Positions 1 through 9,184 of a stretch of DNA of 34,888 nt are shown one piece after another (positions within the stretch are counted from its first letter, which is position 1; each line of letters starts with the position of its first letter). The notes under the pieces were generated by a model. That model had not been told where the DNA came from. It saw only the letters and a list, made by a program, of their open reading frames with translations, and did no database searches. The DNA is from Synergistaceae bacterium. GTDB taxonomy: Bacteria > Synergistota > Synergistia > Synergistales > Synergistaceae. Location of the stretch: contig JAGPAO010000001.1 of assembly GCA_018063805.1 (NCBI GenBank), positions 1 through 34,888 on the forward strand. Reading direction: 5' to 3'. The position numbers and the translations under genes were made by a program.

Positions 1-179
1 CTTACAGAAGAGAGGATTTCCCCCTCTAAGCAGGAGAGCCACTCTTCAAAGAGGCAGTTGATCTCAGGGCTTGCGGACGCCGCCAGTTGATTGCTCCGCA
101 GAACGGATTCAAGCAGGCGAGCAGACGCAATTTCGATAGAATTCACCAACATTCCCAAATCCTTATTCCCGGTTTCCAT
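1..179 (-). CDS. hypothetical protein, N-terminal part only (runs off the window start)
   Basis: The minus-strand frame is open from the ATG at 179 (METGNKDLGMLVNSIEIASARLLESVLRSNQ...) to the window edge. It has 59 codons, which is below the ORF-track cutoff. The Shine-Dalgarno is only a weak AGGAA, and I recognise no motif. Confidence 0.3.
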   Translation of the reverse strand, partial: METGNKDLGMLVNSIEIASARLLESVLRSNQLAASASPEINCLFEEWLSCLEGEILSSV

Positions 180-234
180 TGATTTCTCATTCCTTTCTAT
201 GCTAAAAAACTATTTTGTAAAAGAACAACGATTT

Positions 235-264
235 TTGCTACACTGTTTGCTGCTATTATATAAT
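235..264 (+). promoter_or_regulatory. putative sigma70-type promoter upstream of the GAF-membrane gene
   Basis: TTGCTA (235-240), an 18-nt spacer, then TATAAT (259-264), in the AT-rich divergent intergenic region. Confidence 0.35.
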
Positions 265-307
265 GAATGCGGTATGATGGTTAAGCTCAATTGAGGGGGG
301 ATCGCCA

Positions 308-1294
308 GTGTTTAAAAGAAAAGAACGAAAAGAGGACCCGTTTCCCGTCTCGGAAAAACAAACTTCTACGTGGAAACTTTTGTTAGGTGTGTGGCAGGAG
401 TTTTTTTTGTCGTTGATGACCCTTATTGCTTTTTTTATCGGAGGCTATTTGGGGTTGCCTCCTATTATGGCCGCATGCGCTCTTTTTTTCTTTTTTGTTT
501 TTGTCGAGTGCACTCCTGTGCGCCCTCTTTGGAGCTTGTTTGCCATTGAAATCATGTTGTTTTTTTCTCTGGCAATCTTTATCAAAGACCCGCTGGAATC
601 GGGTGCGACGCTGCTTCTTGTTTTTATTCCCGGTCTTTATGCTTGCTGGCGCCGGCGATACCCCAAAAAAATATTCAGAATGCTGAATGACTTTTCTCAA
701 GATGCGATACGCCAAGTGTCCTTGGAATCCATTTCCTTTTCTTCTCTGACCCACCTTGCGGAAATGGATCGTTATAAAAATGCGTATATTCAACTCTGGG
801 ATAAGGAGAAAGATGAAATGGTTCTGGTTGCTGGAAACCCCGTTTATGAAAACGGTCTTCGTTTCCAGCGAGGCCGGGGGGTTGGTTGGAGATGTTTTCA
901 ATCGGGTCGGGCTGTTTTGATTATGGATACATCGAGGGACCTCGATTATATCCCCTCGCCTCTCTGTGCTCGTTCTTGTGTGCTGCTGCCCCTTGTCGTG
1001 GGAGGACGGCGCTTTGGAGTATTAGGTGTTGAATCGACATCGTTGCGGCGTTTTAATAGTCGAGACGTGGAGGTCTTGTCGCTGTTTGCTGCTTTTATTT
1101 CTTTTGCTCTTCAGACTGTGGAGACGCAACAGGGAATGACGCAGGCGGTTCGTCAACAGAAGGATGTGTTAAAAGAGAAGGACGCGACAATAGCTTCATT
1201 GAAAAAAATGATGGAATCAGCGGTTTGGTTGGATTCGGCTGCTGCGGTAAAATTGCAAGAGGCGGATAGAGTGTGCGATAATACGCAGGACTAA
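308..1294 (+). CDS. membrane-anchored GAF-domain protein (about 4 TM helices, GAF domain, short C-terminal coiled-coil-like tail, no recognisable output domain)
   Basis: GTG start preceded by GAGGGGGG. Hydrophobic segments occupy aa 20-115. A GAF-like core follows (GVGWRCFQSGRAVLIMD...LLPLVVGGRRFGVLGVES...DVEVLSLFAAFISFAL). The heptad-like tail reads QQKDVLKEKDATIASLKKMMES. Confidence 0.7.
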   Translation: MFKRKERKEDPFPVSEKQTSTWKLLLGVWQEFFLSLMTLIAFFIGGYLGLPPIMAACALFFFFVFVECTPVRPLWSLFAIEIMLFFSLAIFIKDPLESGATLLLVFIPGLYACWRRRYPKKIFRMLNDFSQDAIRQVSLESISFSSLTHLAEMDRYKNAYIQLWDKEKDEMVLVAGNPVYENGLRFQRGRGVGWRCFQSGRAVLIMDTSRDLDYIPSPLCARSCVLLPLVVGGRRFGVLGVESTSLRRFNSRDVEVLSLFAAFISFALQTVETQQGMTQAVRQQKDVLKEKDATIASLKKMMESAVWLDSAAAVKLQEADRVCDNTQD

Positions 1295-1315
1295 TGAATG
1301 AAAGAGGGGATATTC

Positions 1316-1834
1316 ATGGCGGATTTAAATGAAGGACTCGGATTAAAGAAAACATACGATGAAGATAAAAGTGTTGAAAAGGAAAGCACTCTCCTTGTTT
1401 TCGATTTGGTAGGGGAGTATTGCGGGCTTCCCGTTAATTTGGTGCGCGAGATTGTGCACGTACCCCCGCGGATTACCCGCGTTCCTAACGCACCGGATTA
1501 TGTCCGAGGCGTGATTAATTTACGAGGCACTGTCATCCCTGTTTTGGACTGTGCGATGAAGATGGGGAATACTCCTTCTCAGGGCTCTGCTGAATCTCGG
1601 ATTGTGGTTGCCGAATTCGAAGAGGTTCTCTTTGGTGTTCTCGTGGACGCGGTGCGCGAAGTTCGTACGATTCCTGAGTCTTTGGTGGAGGTTTCCGGCG
1701 CTACGTCCCGAACAGGGGATATTGGAACCGACTATGTGACGGGGGTCGCAAAAATGGAAGATGGGCGTTTGATCGTTCTGTTGGATCTGGCCGCTTTGTT
1801 TGATATTAATGAACTGCTTGAAGAGGAGATGTAG
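1316..1834 (+). CDS. cheW: CheW-like chemotaxis coupling protein
   Basis: CheW signature blocks are present (LLVFDLVGEYCGLPVNLVREIV, VRGVINLRGTVIPVLD, RIVVAEF...FGVLVDAVREV, GRLIVLLDLAALF). The ATG at 1316 has a GAGGGGA Shine-Dalgarno 5 nt upstream. An alternative ATG at 1298 lies 3 nt after the upstream stop. Confidence 0.85.
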   Translation: MADLNEGLGLKKTYDEDKSVEKESTLLVFDLVGEYCGLPVNLVREIVHVPPRITRVPNAPDYVRGVINLRGTVIPVLDCAMKMGNTPSQGSAESRIVVAEFEEVLFGVLVDAVREVRTIPESLVEVSGATSRTGDIGTDYVTGVAKMEDGRLIVLLDLAALFDINELLEEEM

Positions 1835-1863
1835 CCGCATAAAGGGGTATGACGGAACGTTGA

Positions 1864-2691
1864 ATGATTCGGATTGACTTGCACCTGCATAGTTTGCATT
1901 CCGATGGAACCTCTTCTGTTGAGGAGCTGGTGTCGTTGGCGCGTCAGAAAAGAGTTTCCGTACTGAGCCTGACAGATCACGATACGGCGGAGGGTATTCT
2001 CCCTTTTCTGACGAGCTGCAAACGAAATGGGGTGCAAGGGATTTCCGGCATAGAACTTTCTGCAAAGAGCCCATACGCATTGCATATACTGGGGTATCGT
2101 TTTGATCCGCAGGAACCGGAGCTTTTGCGGGCCTTAGAGAGAGTTCGGCAGGATCGGGATGTTCGAAATGTACAGATGTGTGAAAAACTCACGGCATTGG
2201 GAGTTTCCGTTTCATTCCAAGAGGTTCAGGATGAGGCTTTGGGAGGCGTTATAGCGCGTCCTCATTTTGCGCGTGTTTTGGTGCGAAAGGGCGTAGTCCC
2301 CGATGTGCGCTCTGCTTTTGACCGTTACCTTGGGGACGGGCGTCCGGGCTATGTTTCACGCGAGACACTCTCTGCTCGGGAGTGCATCGCCCTCATCAAG
2401 GGGGCGGGCGGGCTTGCCGTGATGGCCCATCCCTATTTGACGGGATTGAATGAGGACGAATTGGAAGTGTTGCTGCGAGAGTTAATCGGGCATGGTCTTT
2501 GGGGGATGGAGTGTGTTTCCTCTCATCATGATGCGGGGCAAATCTACCGTCTTTTGGCCTTGGCTGATAAACTGAATCTTTACCCCACTGCGGGATCGGA
2601 TTATCATGGCGGAAATAGGCAAACAGCGGGACTTGGCGTTGTCGTCAGCGAGGAATTTTTGCCATGGGCACGTCTGGGTGTGCATTTATAA
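1864..2691 (+). CDS. PHP-domain metal-dependent phosphoesterase (TrpH/YciV family)
   Basis: N-terminal [12 protein letters not shown]...LTDHDT motif, plus later AHP and GSDYHG metal-ligand motifs typical of the PHP fold. Confidence 0.8.
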   Translation: MIRIDLHLHSLHSDGTSSVEELVSLARQKRVSVLSLTDHDTAEGILPFLTSCKRNGVQGISGIELSAKSPYALHILGYRFDPQEPELLRALERVRQDRDVRNVQMCEKLTALGVSVSFQEVQDEALGGVIARPHFARVLVRKGVVPDVRSAFDRYLGDGRPGYVSRETLSARECIALIKGAGGLAVMAHPYLTGLNEDELEVLLRELIGHGLWGMECVSSHHDAGQIYRLLALADKLNLYPTAGSDYHGGNRQTAGLGVVVSEEFLPWARLGVHL

Positions 2692-2726
2692 AGATTTTAT
2701 GGTCATTTATGAGGAGGAGGCAGAAT

Positions 2727-3752
2727 ATGAAGCTGGATTTCAGAAGTGATACGGTAACGCATCCGACGCAGGAAATGCGCAACGCAATGGCTCTTGCTCC
2801 TGTCGGGGATGATGTGTACGAAGATGACCCTACGGTAAACGAATTACAGGCTTACGCGAGCGAGTTATTTCAAACGGAGGCCGCTCTTTACGTTTGTTCG
2901 GGAACAATGGGAAACTTGTTGGCTATCCTTTGTCACTGTGACCGAGGAGATGGCGTTCTTGTGGGCAAAGAGGCGCATATCTGGTCGCATGAGGCCGGAG
3001 GCATGGCCTGTATTGCGGGGACGATGCCCTTCCAGCTGGATGATTCTGCGGGCATTCCTTCGGTAGAGGAAATTCGGGCGCAGTATCGTGCCCCAGGGGA
3101 TGTGCATGTCTGCCCCACAACGCTTTTGGCCCTTGAAAACACGCATAATTTTATGGGGGGATTACCCATTGCCCCCGCTGTGTTTGCGGAAGTGGCGGGC
3201 ACCGCGCGTGCCTTGGGGATGAAGGTGCATTTAGATGGTGCGCGTTTGTTTAATGCCTGTACTGCCTTTGAGGTCCCTCCATCCCGTTATGCTGCGGAAG
3301 TTGATTCAGTGCAGGTTTGTCTTTCTAAGGGGTTGGGCGCGCCAATGGGCTCGATGCTGTGCGGAAAGAGGACGTTTATTGAAAAGGCGAGAATGTGGCG
3401 GAAAAAACTTGGAGGCGGGCAGCGGCAGGTTGGCATTGCCGCTGCGGCCGGGATGATTGCTCTGAGGGATATGCGCGGCCGCCTCGTGCAAGATCATGAA
3501 AACGCCTCCTATTTGGCGGAGCTACTGGAAAATACCGGAGTGGCAGTGGAACCCGTGTCCCATCGAACGAACATGGTCTTTTTTCAACTCCCCAAAGAGT
3601 GCTCTGAGGATCTTTTTGTTAAGCAATGTGCGGATCGAGGCCTTTTGTTGAATGGCGCAGGTAATGGAAGGGTACGCATGGTTACGCATCTGGACGTGGA
3701 TCGCCAAGCGGTGGGTGATGCGGCGCTTTTAGTGCGGGAAGTTCTTGCATGA
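2727..3752 (+). CDS. ltaE: low-specificity L-threonine aldolase (PLP-dependent)
   Basis: [11 protein letters not shown]...[15 protein letters not shown]...[11 protein letters not shown]...LENTHN...[10 protein letters not shown] matches the threonine aldolase family. The ATG at 2727 follows GAGGAGGAGG. The longer ORF-track start at 2664 overlaps the upstream gene. Confidence 0.85.
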   Translation: MKLDFRSDTVTHPTQEMRNAMALAPVGDDVYEDDPTVNELQAYASELFQTEAALYVCSGTMGNLLAILCHCDRGDGVLVGKEAHIWSHEAGGMACIAGTMPFQLDDSAGIPSVEEIRAQYRAPGDVHVCPTTLLALENTHNFMGGLPIAPAVFAEVAGTARALGMKVHLDGARLFNACTAFEVPPSRYAAEVDSVQVCLSKGLGAPMGSMLCGKRTFIEKARMWRKKLGGGQRQVGIAAAAGMIALRDMRGRLVQDHENASYLAELLENTGVAVEPVSHRTNMVFFQLPKECSEDLFVKQCADRGLLLNGAGNGRVRMVTHLDVDRQAVGDAALLVREVLA

Positions 3753-5116
3753 CCTCTCCTTTCAAGAGCCGCGAGCAAATAGAAGCGCTTGCGGTTTGGT
3801 TGCTTGATCAATGTAAGGCTGCAGGGGCATCCGATGCGGATATACTCTATTCGTGCGGGACGTCCCATGAATTGTGCTTGAGGGATGGGGAACCGGAGGA
3901 ATCCACTTCCGGTAGCTTTTCCGCATTGGGGGTTCGCACGCTTCTTCCGGATGGACGGCAGGGAATTGCCTATGGCAACCGATTGGACCGAGAGTCTCTT
4001 GCCGGATTGGTGCATTGGAGTCTGCATAATTGCAAGCACTCAGAACCGGAGGAGGGTATTTCTCTTTATCACGGCGGGGTGGACACGATGAACCAACACT
4101 TGCATCTCTATGATCCTGAGGTGTTGACGATCACACCATCGGTGAGGATGGAACACTGTCAAGAGATGACGTCCATAGCTAAAAAAGAGGATTCTCGCGT
4201 TGTTTCTGTTCGCTCCGCTTCCTGGAGCGATGGCTGGGGGGAGTCGCTTTATGCCACGAGTGCCGGTTTTCTCGGCTGGAGGGATGGAACTTCAGCCTCT
4301 TGTCATGTGACCGTTGTTTTTCAAGACGGCGAAACGACTGAAATGGGAGGATACGGGCAGCAGGATCGCTCTTTGGCTGCGCTTGTGCCCATTCTCTGTG
4401 CAAAAAAAGCCGTCAAGCGGACGAGCGACATCTTTGGAGGTAAGCCCATTCCGACGGGGCGCTACACCGTTTTGTTTGATCCTGAGACGACCTCTTCTTT
4501 GATTGATGAGATAGCAGAGTTGTTCTGTGCCTCTGATGTTTATCGCGGGCATTCGATGTTGGCAGGACGTCTGGGGACATCCGTTGCCAGCTCCTCCTTT
4601 TCGCTTGTGGATGACGGCACTCTTCCGGGGAGGATGGGAACATCTCCCTTCGATGCGGAGGGGGTTCCGACGCGGCGTACCGTTCTTGTGGACAAGGGAG
4701 TCGCTTGTTCTTATCTCTACAACTTGCAGTACGCACAAAAAGATGGGGTGGCATCGACGGGAAACGCAAGCCGCGGCATGTCTTCGTTGCCCGATGTCGG
4801 CACCTCTAATTTAATTTTGGAGGCGGGAATTTCGTCTCAAGGTGCGTTGATCGAATCCGTTCAATCCGGTTTTTTGGTGACGGAATTGATGGGGTTGCAT
4901 ACGCTTGATCCCGTCAGCGGCGATTTTTCGCTTGGAGCAAAGGGAATAGAGATAAAAAAAGGAGTGCTGTCGCGTCCCGTCAGCGGTGTTACCATTGCGG
5001 GTAATTTGCTGGAGCTTTTAAATAAAGTGGTTGCGGTGGGGAATGACTTTGAATTTTTTGGCTCCACAGGAGCGTGCACATTGGTGGTGGATGATATTGC
5101 AGTTGCGGGTCAGTAG
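3749..5116 (+). CDS. TldD/PmbA-family metallopeptidase
   Basis: Size and C-terminal blocks (FDAEGVPT, GNASR, HTLDPVSGDFSLGAKG) are typical of PmbA/TldD. The start overlaps the ltaE stop as ATGA. Confidence 0.8.
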   Translation: MTSPFKSREQIEALAVWLLDQCKAAGASDADILYSCGTSHELCLRDGEPEESTSGSFSALGVRTLLPDGRQGIAYGNRLDRESLAGLVHWSLHNCKHSEPEEGISLYHGGVDTMNQHLHLYDPEVLTITPSVRMEHCQEMTSIAKKEDSRVVSVRSASWSDGWGESLYATSAGFLGWRDGTSASCHVTVVFQDGETTEMGGYGQQDRSLAALVPILCAKKAVKRTSDIFGGKPIPTGRYTVLFDPETTSSLIDEIAELFCASDVYRGHSMLAGRLGTSVASSSFSLVDDGTLPGRMGTSPFDAEGVPTRRTVLVDKGVACSYLYNLQYAQKDGVASTGNASRGMSSLPDVGTSNLILEAGISSQGALIESVQSGFLVTELMGLHTLDPVSGDFSLGAKGIEIKKGVLSRPVSGVTIAGNLLELLNKVVAVGNDFEFFGSTGACTLVVDDIAVAGQ

Positions 5117-6740
5117 ATTTTTAGGAGCGCTTTGTCTTCTGTTGTTTTTATTTTGCGGCGCGGTTCAAGCTGCAACGTGGGAGCTTTGGCAGGATAATCT
5201 GAAAAAAGGAAACGTCACCGTCCGTTTGGCGCAGGCGGGAACACAAGTTGCGCTGGATGAAATGATGGTCAATCTTGGGTTTGTGGGGAGCACATCTTCT
5301 TCGGAGTTGATCGTTACCTATGGCGGAAAAAAACTGGAATTTTGGCAAGGATCAATGGTTGCGCGTTCGGCTGGGCAGCCGATTTCCTTTACATCACCGG
5401 TCGTTTTTGAGGGTGGACATTGGTGGGGGGAGAGCAGTACCGCGTTACGAGCCGTGGATCAATTCCTGGTTGCCGTCAATCGCCCGCACGGTTTGCGATG
5501 GGTTGTGCCTACGGCGGACACAATGCCGACAGAGCCACCCTCTCTTGCTCCCTCTTTCAAGGTTGTGGAAACCGTTGAAAAAAGAGGGGGGACACAGCTT
5601 ACAAAAATTCGATGGGGCGAGCAGCCGAATGCACATCGTGTTGTGATCGATTTGTCGGGCCAGACGGATGTCTCCCTTGTGCGTCGTCAAGGAAAAACGG
5701 AAGTGATCTTTGCCGCTTCACTCACTCCCGATGTTAAAGGAGGGGGGAGTCCTTGGCCTACCCTCGTACAACTGCAGGTCGCCAATTCAGGGGGCAAATC
5801 CATCCTGACGTTTACCCACTCCGCAGCGGAGGTTAAGGGTTTTTGGCTGACAAACCCAAGTCGCTATGTCGTTGATTTCATGGGGAAAAAGGCGGATCCC
5901 AAAACAGTCCAAAAGACGAATCCCCCATCCCTTCCGGCGGTTATTGTGACCACGGATACATCGCGTCCCGCGGAGTCCTCAACGATAGGAACGGCCGAAG
6001 CGGTGGAAACGCCCGGCGTCAGACCGCAGGGAAAAAAACCGCTTGTTGTGATTGACGCCGGTCATGGCGGGCGTGATCCGGGAGCGGTCGGTTTTGGTTT
6101 GCGCGAGAAGGATATCAACTTGAAAGCCGCGATGCAGTTGATGACACAGTTGCAAAACAAAGGGGTTGAAGTGCGTTTGACGCGCAGAGATGACACGTAC
6201 CTCAAGCTTGGAGAGCGGACAGCTCTTGCCAACAATTGGGATGCGGATTTGTTCGTCAGCCTGCATTGCAACGCACTCCCGGCGGGGCGGCATGCAAAGG
6301 GCATTGAAATTTATCTGATGGCTCCCCCCTCCGACAAAGACGCCATGAGCCTGGCTATTTTCGAAAATAAAGAAATTGCCGGTGAAGGAACGAACGACAG
6401 TGCGGCGGAGGTCAATGCCGATAAAAAAACGCGCCTCCTTTTGAAAATTCTCGGTGATATGCAGCAAAATGATAAGATAAGCGAGAGCACTGTCGTTGCG
6501 GAAAGCCTCTATAATCAGGCGAAGAAATCCGGTTTGGATATGAAGCGCGTTCGTCAGGCACCTTTCTTTGTCTTGCGGGGTGCCGGTATGCCTGCTGTCC
6601 TCGTGGAAATGGGTTTTATATCGGAGCGATCCGACGCCAATTTGTTAAATTCCGCTGCTTTCAGAGAAAAACTTGCCGCCAGCCTGGCTCAAGGGCTGGT
6701 TGGATACCTGAATCAAACGACAAGGGAGGGGACACCATAA
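5091..6740 (+). CDS. N-acetylmuramoyl-L-alanine amidase (signal peptide, N-terminal stalk and AMIN-like domains, Amidase_3 catalytic domain)
   Basis: Signal peptide LLLFLFCGAVQA-AT. AMIN-like segment (KIRWGEQPNAHRVVIDL...YVVDF). Catalytic blocks VVIDAGHGGRDPGA, LFVSLHCNA and FFVLRGAGMPAVLVEMGFIS. The start is uncertain (ATG 5091 or TTG 5103). Confidence 0.85.
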   Translation: MILQLRVSRFLGALCLLLFLFCGAVQAATWELWQDNLKKGNVTVRLAQAGTQVALDEMMVNLGFVGSTSSSELIVTYGGKKLEFWQGSMVARSAGQPISFTSPVVFEGGHWWGESSTALRAVDQFLVAVNRPHGLRWVVPTADTMPTEPPSLAPSFKVVETVEKRGGTQLTKIRWGEQPNAHRVVIDLSGQTDVSLVRRQGKTEVIFAASLTPDVKGGGSPWPTLVQLQVANSGGKSILTFTHSAAEVKGFWLTNPSRYVVDFMGKKADPKTVQKTNPPSLPAVIVTTDTSRPAESSTIGTAEAVETPGVRPQGKKPLVVIDAGHGGRDPGAVGFGLREKDINLKAAMQLMTQLQNKGVEVRLTRRDDTYLKLGERTALANNWDADLFVSLHCNALPAGRHAKGIEIYLMAPPSDKDAMSLAIFENKEIAGEGTNDSAAEVNADKKTRLLLKILGDMQQNDKISESTVVAESLYNQAKKSGLDMKRVRQAPFFVLRGAGMPAVLVEMGFISERSDANLLNSAAFREKLAASLAQGLVGYLNQTTREGTP

Positions 6741-7460
6741 ATGAGAGAAGAACGGTATAACCGGGATCGAAAAGACGAAGAGGGACAGCTCCCGGAACTG
6801 CCCACTCGCTGGGAGCCCAGAGGCAAAAGGCTGCGAGAGGAAGAGGAAGAAGAAGTAAGAAAATCCCCTCTGATTGTAAGGCTTATTGCATGGGCATCCG
6901 TCATCGCGGTCTTTTTTGCGGTTGGCTATGGGGGGACGTCGCTGTTGTTCAAATGGATGGACTCAAAAGGATCAAACCCGGCAAACCTCATCGCGACCTC
7001 TGAGGACGCGAAAGAGTATGTCACGCAAAAAAGCCAGGGGGAAGAAACGACGGTTGAAGGGGAGAAAACCTTTACCCTCTCTATTCCCAATGGTACAGAT
7101 GGTTTTGAACCAAGGACCATCCGCGTGCTGGGGGAGTTTCCCGAGGAGGAGATGCAGCGAGTGGTTTCCGCCTACGTGGATGCACTTAAAGAGGGCAAAT
7201 GGTTCGACCCCGGTGTTCAGATTTTGCAAGTATTCAGAAGCGGCGAGTGGATCTATCTGAATATGAGCGCTCCTTTTCTTACATCACTGAAGGCGCTGGG
7301 GAAAGAAAAATCTCAACTTGCCCTGACCGGTCTTGTCAAAACGCTGAGCGATAATTTCAGCCAAGTGGCAAAAGTAAAGTTTTACGTCGACGGGCAGGAA
7401 GTGAAGGAAAAAAATCCCGTGGATTTGAGTCTTCCGTGGAAGTTACCCAAACAGTCGTGA
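6741..7460 (+). CDS. membrane-anchored GerMN-domain protein with a highly charged N-terminus
   Basis: Charged N-terminus (REERYNRDRKDEE...REEEEEE), one TM helix (LIAWASVIAVFFAVGYGG), then a GerMN-like region (VVSAYVDALKEG...WIYLNMS...LTGLVKTLSDNF...VKFYVDGQ). Confidence 0.6.
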   Translation: MREERYNRDRKDEEGQLPELPTRWEPRGKRLREEEEEEVRKSPLIVRLIAWASVIAVFFAVGYGGTSLLFKWMDSKGSNPANLIATSEDAKEYVTQKSQGEETTVEGEKTFTLSIPNGTDGFEPRTIRVLGEFPEEEMQRVVSAYVDALKEGKWFDPGVQILQVFRSGEWIYLNMSAPFLTSLKALGKEKSQLALTGLVKTLSDNFSQVAKVKFYVDGQEVKEKNPVDLSLPWKLPKQS

Positions 7461-8239
7461 TGAGGATAGATGGCCGTTCCGGTTCCTGTCTTCGCCCGAT
7501 TTCTCTGCTTCCCCGAGTTAATCGTTATGCGGAGGGATCTGCGCTGATCCATTGGGGGAATACCCAAGTGCTCTGCACGGCCACAATAGAGGAAAAGATA
7601 CCCTCCTTTTTACGAGGTACGGGCAGAGGGTGGTTGACGGCGGAATACGCAATGCTCCCCCGGGCGACTCACACCCGAACATCAAGGGATGTTTCACGGG
7701 GGAAGTTGAATGGGCGCGGAAGTGAAATTCAGCGGTTGATCGGGCGAGCTTTGAGAGCGGCAGTGGATATGGATCAACTTGGAGAGCGTTCTATTTTGAT
7801 TGATTGCGATGTGCTGCAGGCCGACGGGGGGACGAGAACGGCTTCTATTACAGCCGCCTTTGTAGCCGCTGCCGAAGCAATCCGCTCTTTATATGCAAAT
7901 AAAATCATTGCATCCATTCCGATTAAAGCTCAGGTTGCCGCTGTGAGTGTGGGCAAGGTAGACGGGACTTGCCTGCTCGACCTTTGTTATGAGGAGGACA
8001 GCCGCGCCGAGGTGGATGCAAACCTTGTCATGGTCCACACAGGGGATCTGGTTGAAATACAGGGAACGGCAGAGCAGGGAGTCTTTTCCCGTACAGAGAT
8101 GAACACGTTCATTGATTTGGCGTGGGGAGGGATTCAGCAGTTGCACGCTCTCCAGCTTGAGGCGCTAAACTTTACTGCACAGGAGGAGAAAGCCGTTGGA
8201 TTTATCACTGATCGTTGTGGCAAGCACGAATCGGCATAA
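7460..8239 (+). CDS. rph: ribonuclease PH
   Basis: MRIDGRS...LRPI...NRYAEGSALI..GNTQVLC...GWLTAEYAMLPRATHTR..RD...GRGSEIQRLIGRALRA are canonical RNase PH blocks. The ATG at 7460 overlaps the upstream TGA. Confidence 0.9.
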   Translation: MRIDGRSGSCLRPISLLPRVNRYAEGSALIHWGNTQVLCTATIEEKIPSFLRGTGRGWLTAEYAMLPRATHTRTSRDVSRGKLNGRGSEIQRLIGRALRAAVDMDQLGERSILIDCDVLQADGGTRTASITAAFVAAAEAIRSLYANKIIASIPIKAQVAAVSVGKVDGTCLLDLCYEEDSRAEVDANLVMVHTGDLVEIQGTAEQGVFSRTEMNTFIDLAWGGIQQLHALQLEALNFTAQEEKAVGFITDRCGKHESA

Positions 8240-8786
8240 ATATGAGGAGCTGGTGAAGCTCTTTTCCAAAACGAATATCTCCCTTCTTTTCGGAGGGGAT
8301 ATAGAAGAGGGTTTCGTGGTTGATGAGACGGAGGACACGTACGAAAAAAACGCATTGTTAAAGGCGCGTGCTTGGGCTCAGCAAACGGGTATGCCTGCTA
8401 TCGCCGATGACAGCGGCATCGAGATCCTTGCTCTTGACGGTGCCCCTGGCGTTCTTTCTGCTAGGGCCGCACCTGGAAATGATGAGGATCGCGTTCGGTG
8501 GCTGCTGGATAAGATGGAGGGCGCCGCGGATCGGAGCGCGCGTTTTGTCGCCTGTATTGTTCTGGCTCTTCCGAATGAGGATGTATACTATGCCGCCACC
8601 GGGATGTGCACGGGCACAATCGCTCTCTCTCCCTCCGGCAGTGCCGGTTTTGGGTACGATCCCGTCTTTATTCCGGATGGCTACACGGAGACATTGGCCG
8701 ATTTGGGTGAAGCCGTTAAATCGAAAAAATCTCATCGTGCAATTGCAGCTCGAAAGATGGCGCAAATCATTTCTTCTATGTTATAA
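8196..8786 (+). CDS. rdgB: non-canonical purine NTP (dITP/XTP) pyrophosphatase, RdgB/HAM1 family
   Basis: IVVASTNRHKYEE...ETEDTYEKNALLKA...IADDSGIEILALDGAPGVLSAR...FGYDPVF...KSHRAIA. TTG start with AGGAGGAG 7 nt upstream. It overlaps the rph 3' end by 44 nt. Confidence 0.9.
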   Translation: MDLSLIVVASTNRHKYEELVKLFSKTNISLLFGGDIEEGFVVDETEDTYEKNALLKARAWAQQTGMPAIADDSGIEILALDGAPGVLSARAAPGNDEDRVRWLLDKMEGAADRSARFVACIVLALPNEDVYYAATGMCTGTIALSPSGSAGFGYDPVFIPDGYTETLADLGEAVKSKKSHRAIAARKMAQIISSML

Positions 8787-8831
8787 TACTCTTCCGTGTG
8801 AAGCTAAGTAACAACCATTGGAGGTGCCATT

Positions 8832-9059
8832 TTGAAAATTTTTCTCGCTATCATCCATTTGGTCATTTGCGTGGCCTTGATGGGAGTTATTATGATTCAA
8901 CATCGCAAGAGCGGCGGTTTTACGGGCAGCTTTGGAGGCGGAGGAACACAGGCAGATACGAGTGGCGGTTCTTGGCAGAGGATGAATTCTCTCACGAAGA
9001 CGACGGTTTTGTTAACGGGGGGCTTCTTTCTGCTGAGCCTATTACAATTGTTGGTTTAA
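8832..9059 (+). CDS. secG: preprotein translocase subunit SecG
   Basis: 75 aa with two TM helices flanking a Gly-rich loop (MIQHRKSGGFTGSFGGGGTQ). TTG start after GGAGG. Confidence 0.8.
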   Translation: MKIFLAIIHLVICVALMGVIMIQHRKSGGFTGSFGGGGTQADTSGGSWQRMNSLTKTTVLLTGGFFLLSLLQLLV

Positions 9060-9099
9060 GGGCGCTGATTTTATCATATTGCTCACGGGTATTCTTTTC

Positions 9100-9129
9100 T
9101 TGACATAGACTTATTGATACAACTATAAT
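9100..9129 (+). promoter_or_regulatory. near-consensus sigma70 promoter of the rplM-rpsI operon
   Basis: TTGACA (9100-9105), an 18-nt spacer, then TATAAT (9124-9129). Confidence 0.55.
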
Positions 9130-9155
9130 ACCTTTTGGCTTTTATGTGGATATCT

Positions 9156-9184
9156 GCGTTGTGTCAAACAACGCTTGTTTTTTT
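9156..9184 (+). promoter_or_regulatory. terminator-like hairpin inside the rplM 5' leader (possible attenuator)
   Basis: GCGTTGT (9156-9162) pairs with ACAACGC (9168-9174) around a 5-nt loop. TTGTTTTTTT (9175-9184) follows, and then the GAGGAGGAGG Shine-Dalgarno. Confidence 0.4.

Noticed and set aside
8190-8240. Possible frameshift or sequencing error that splits a fused rph-rdgB gene.
   Set aside because: rdgB has its own strong Shine-Dalgarno (AGGAGGAG) and a TTG start at the correct distance. Both proteins are complete on their own. Without reads or relatives there is no positive evidence for an error, so I kept this only as a low-interest note.
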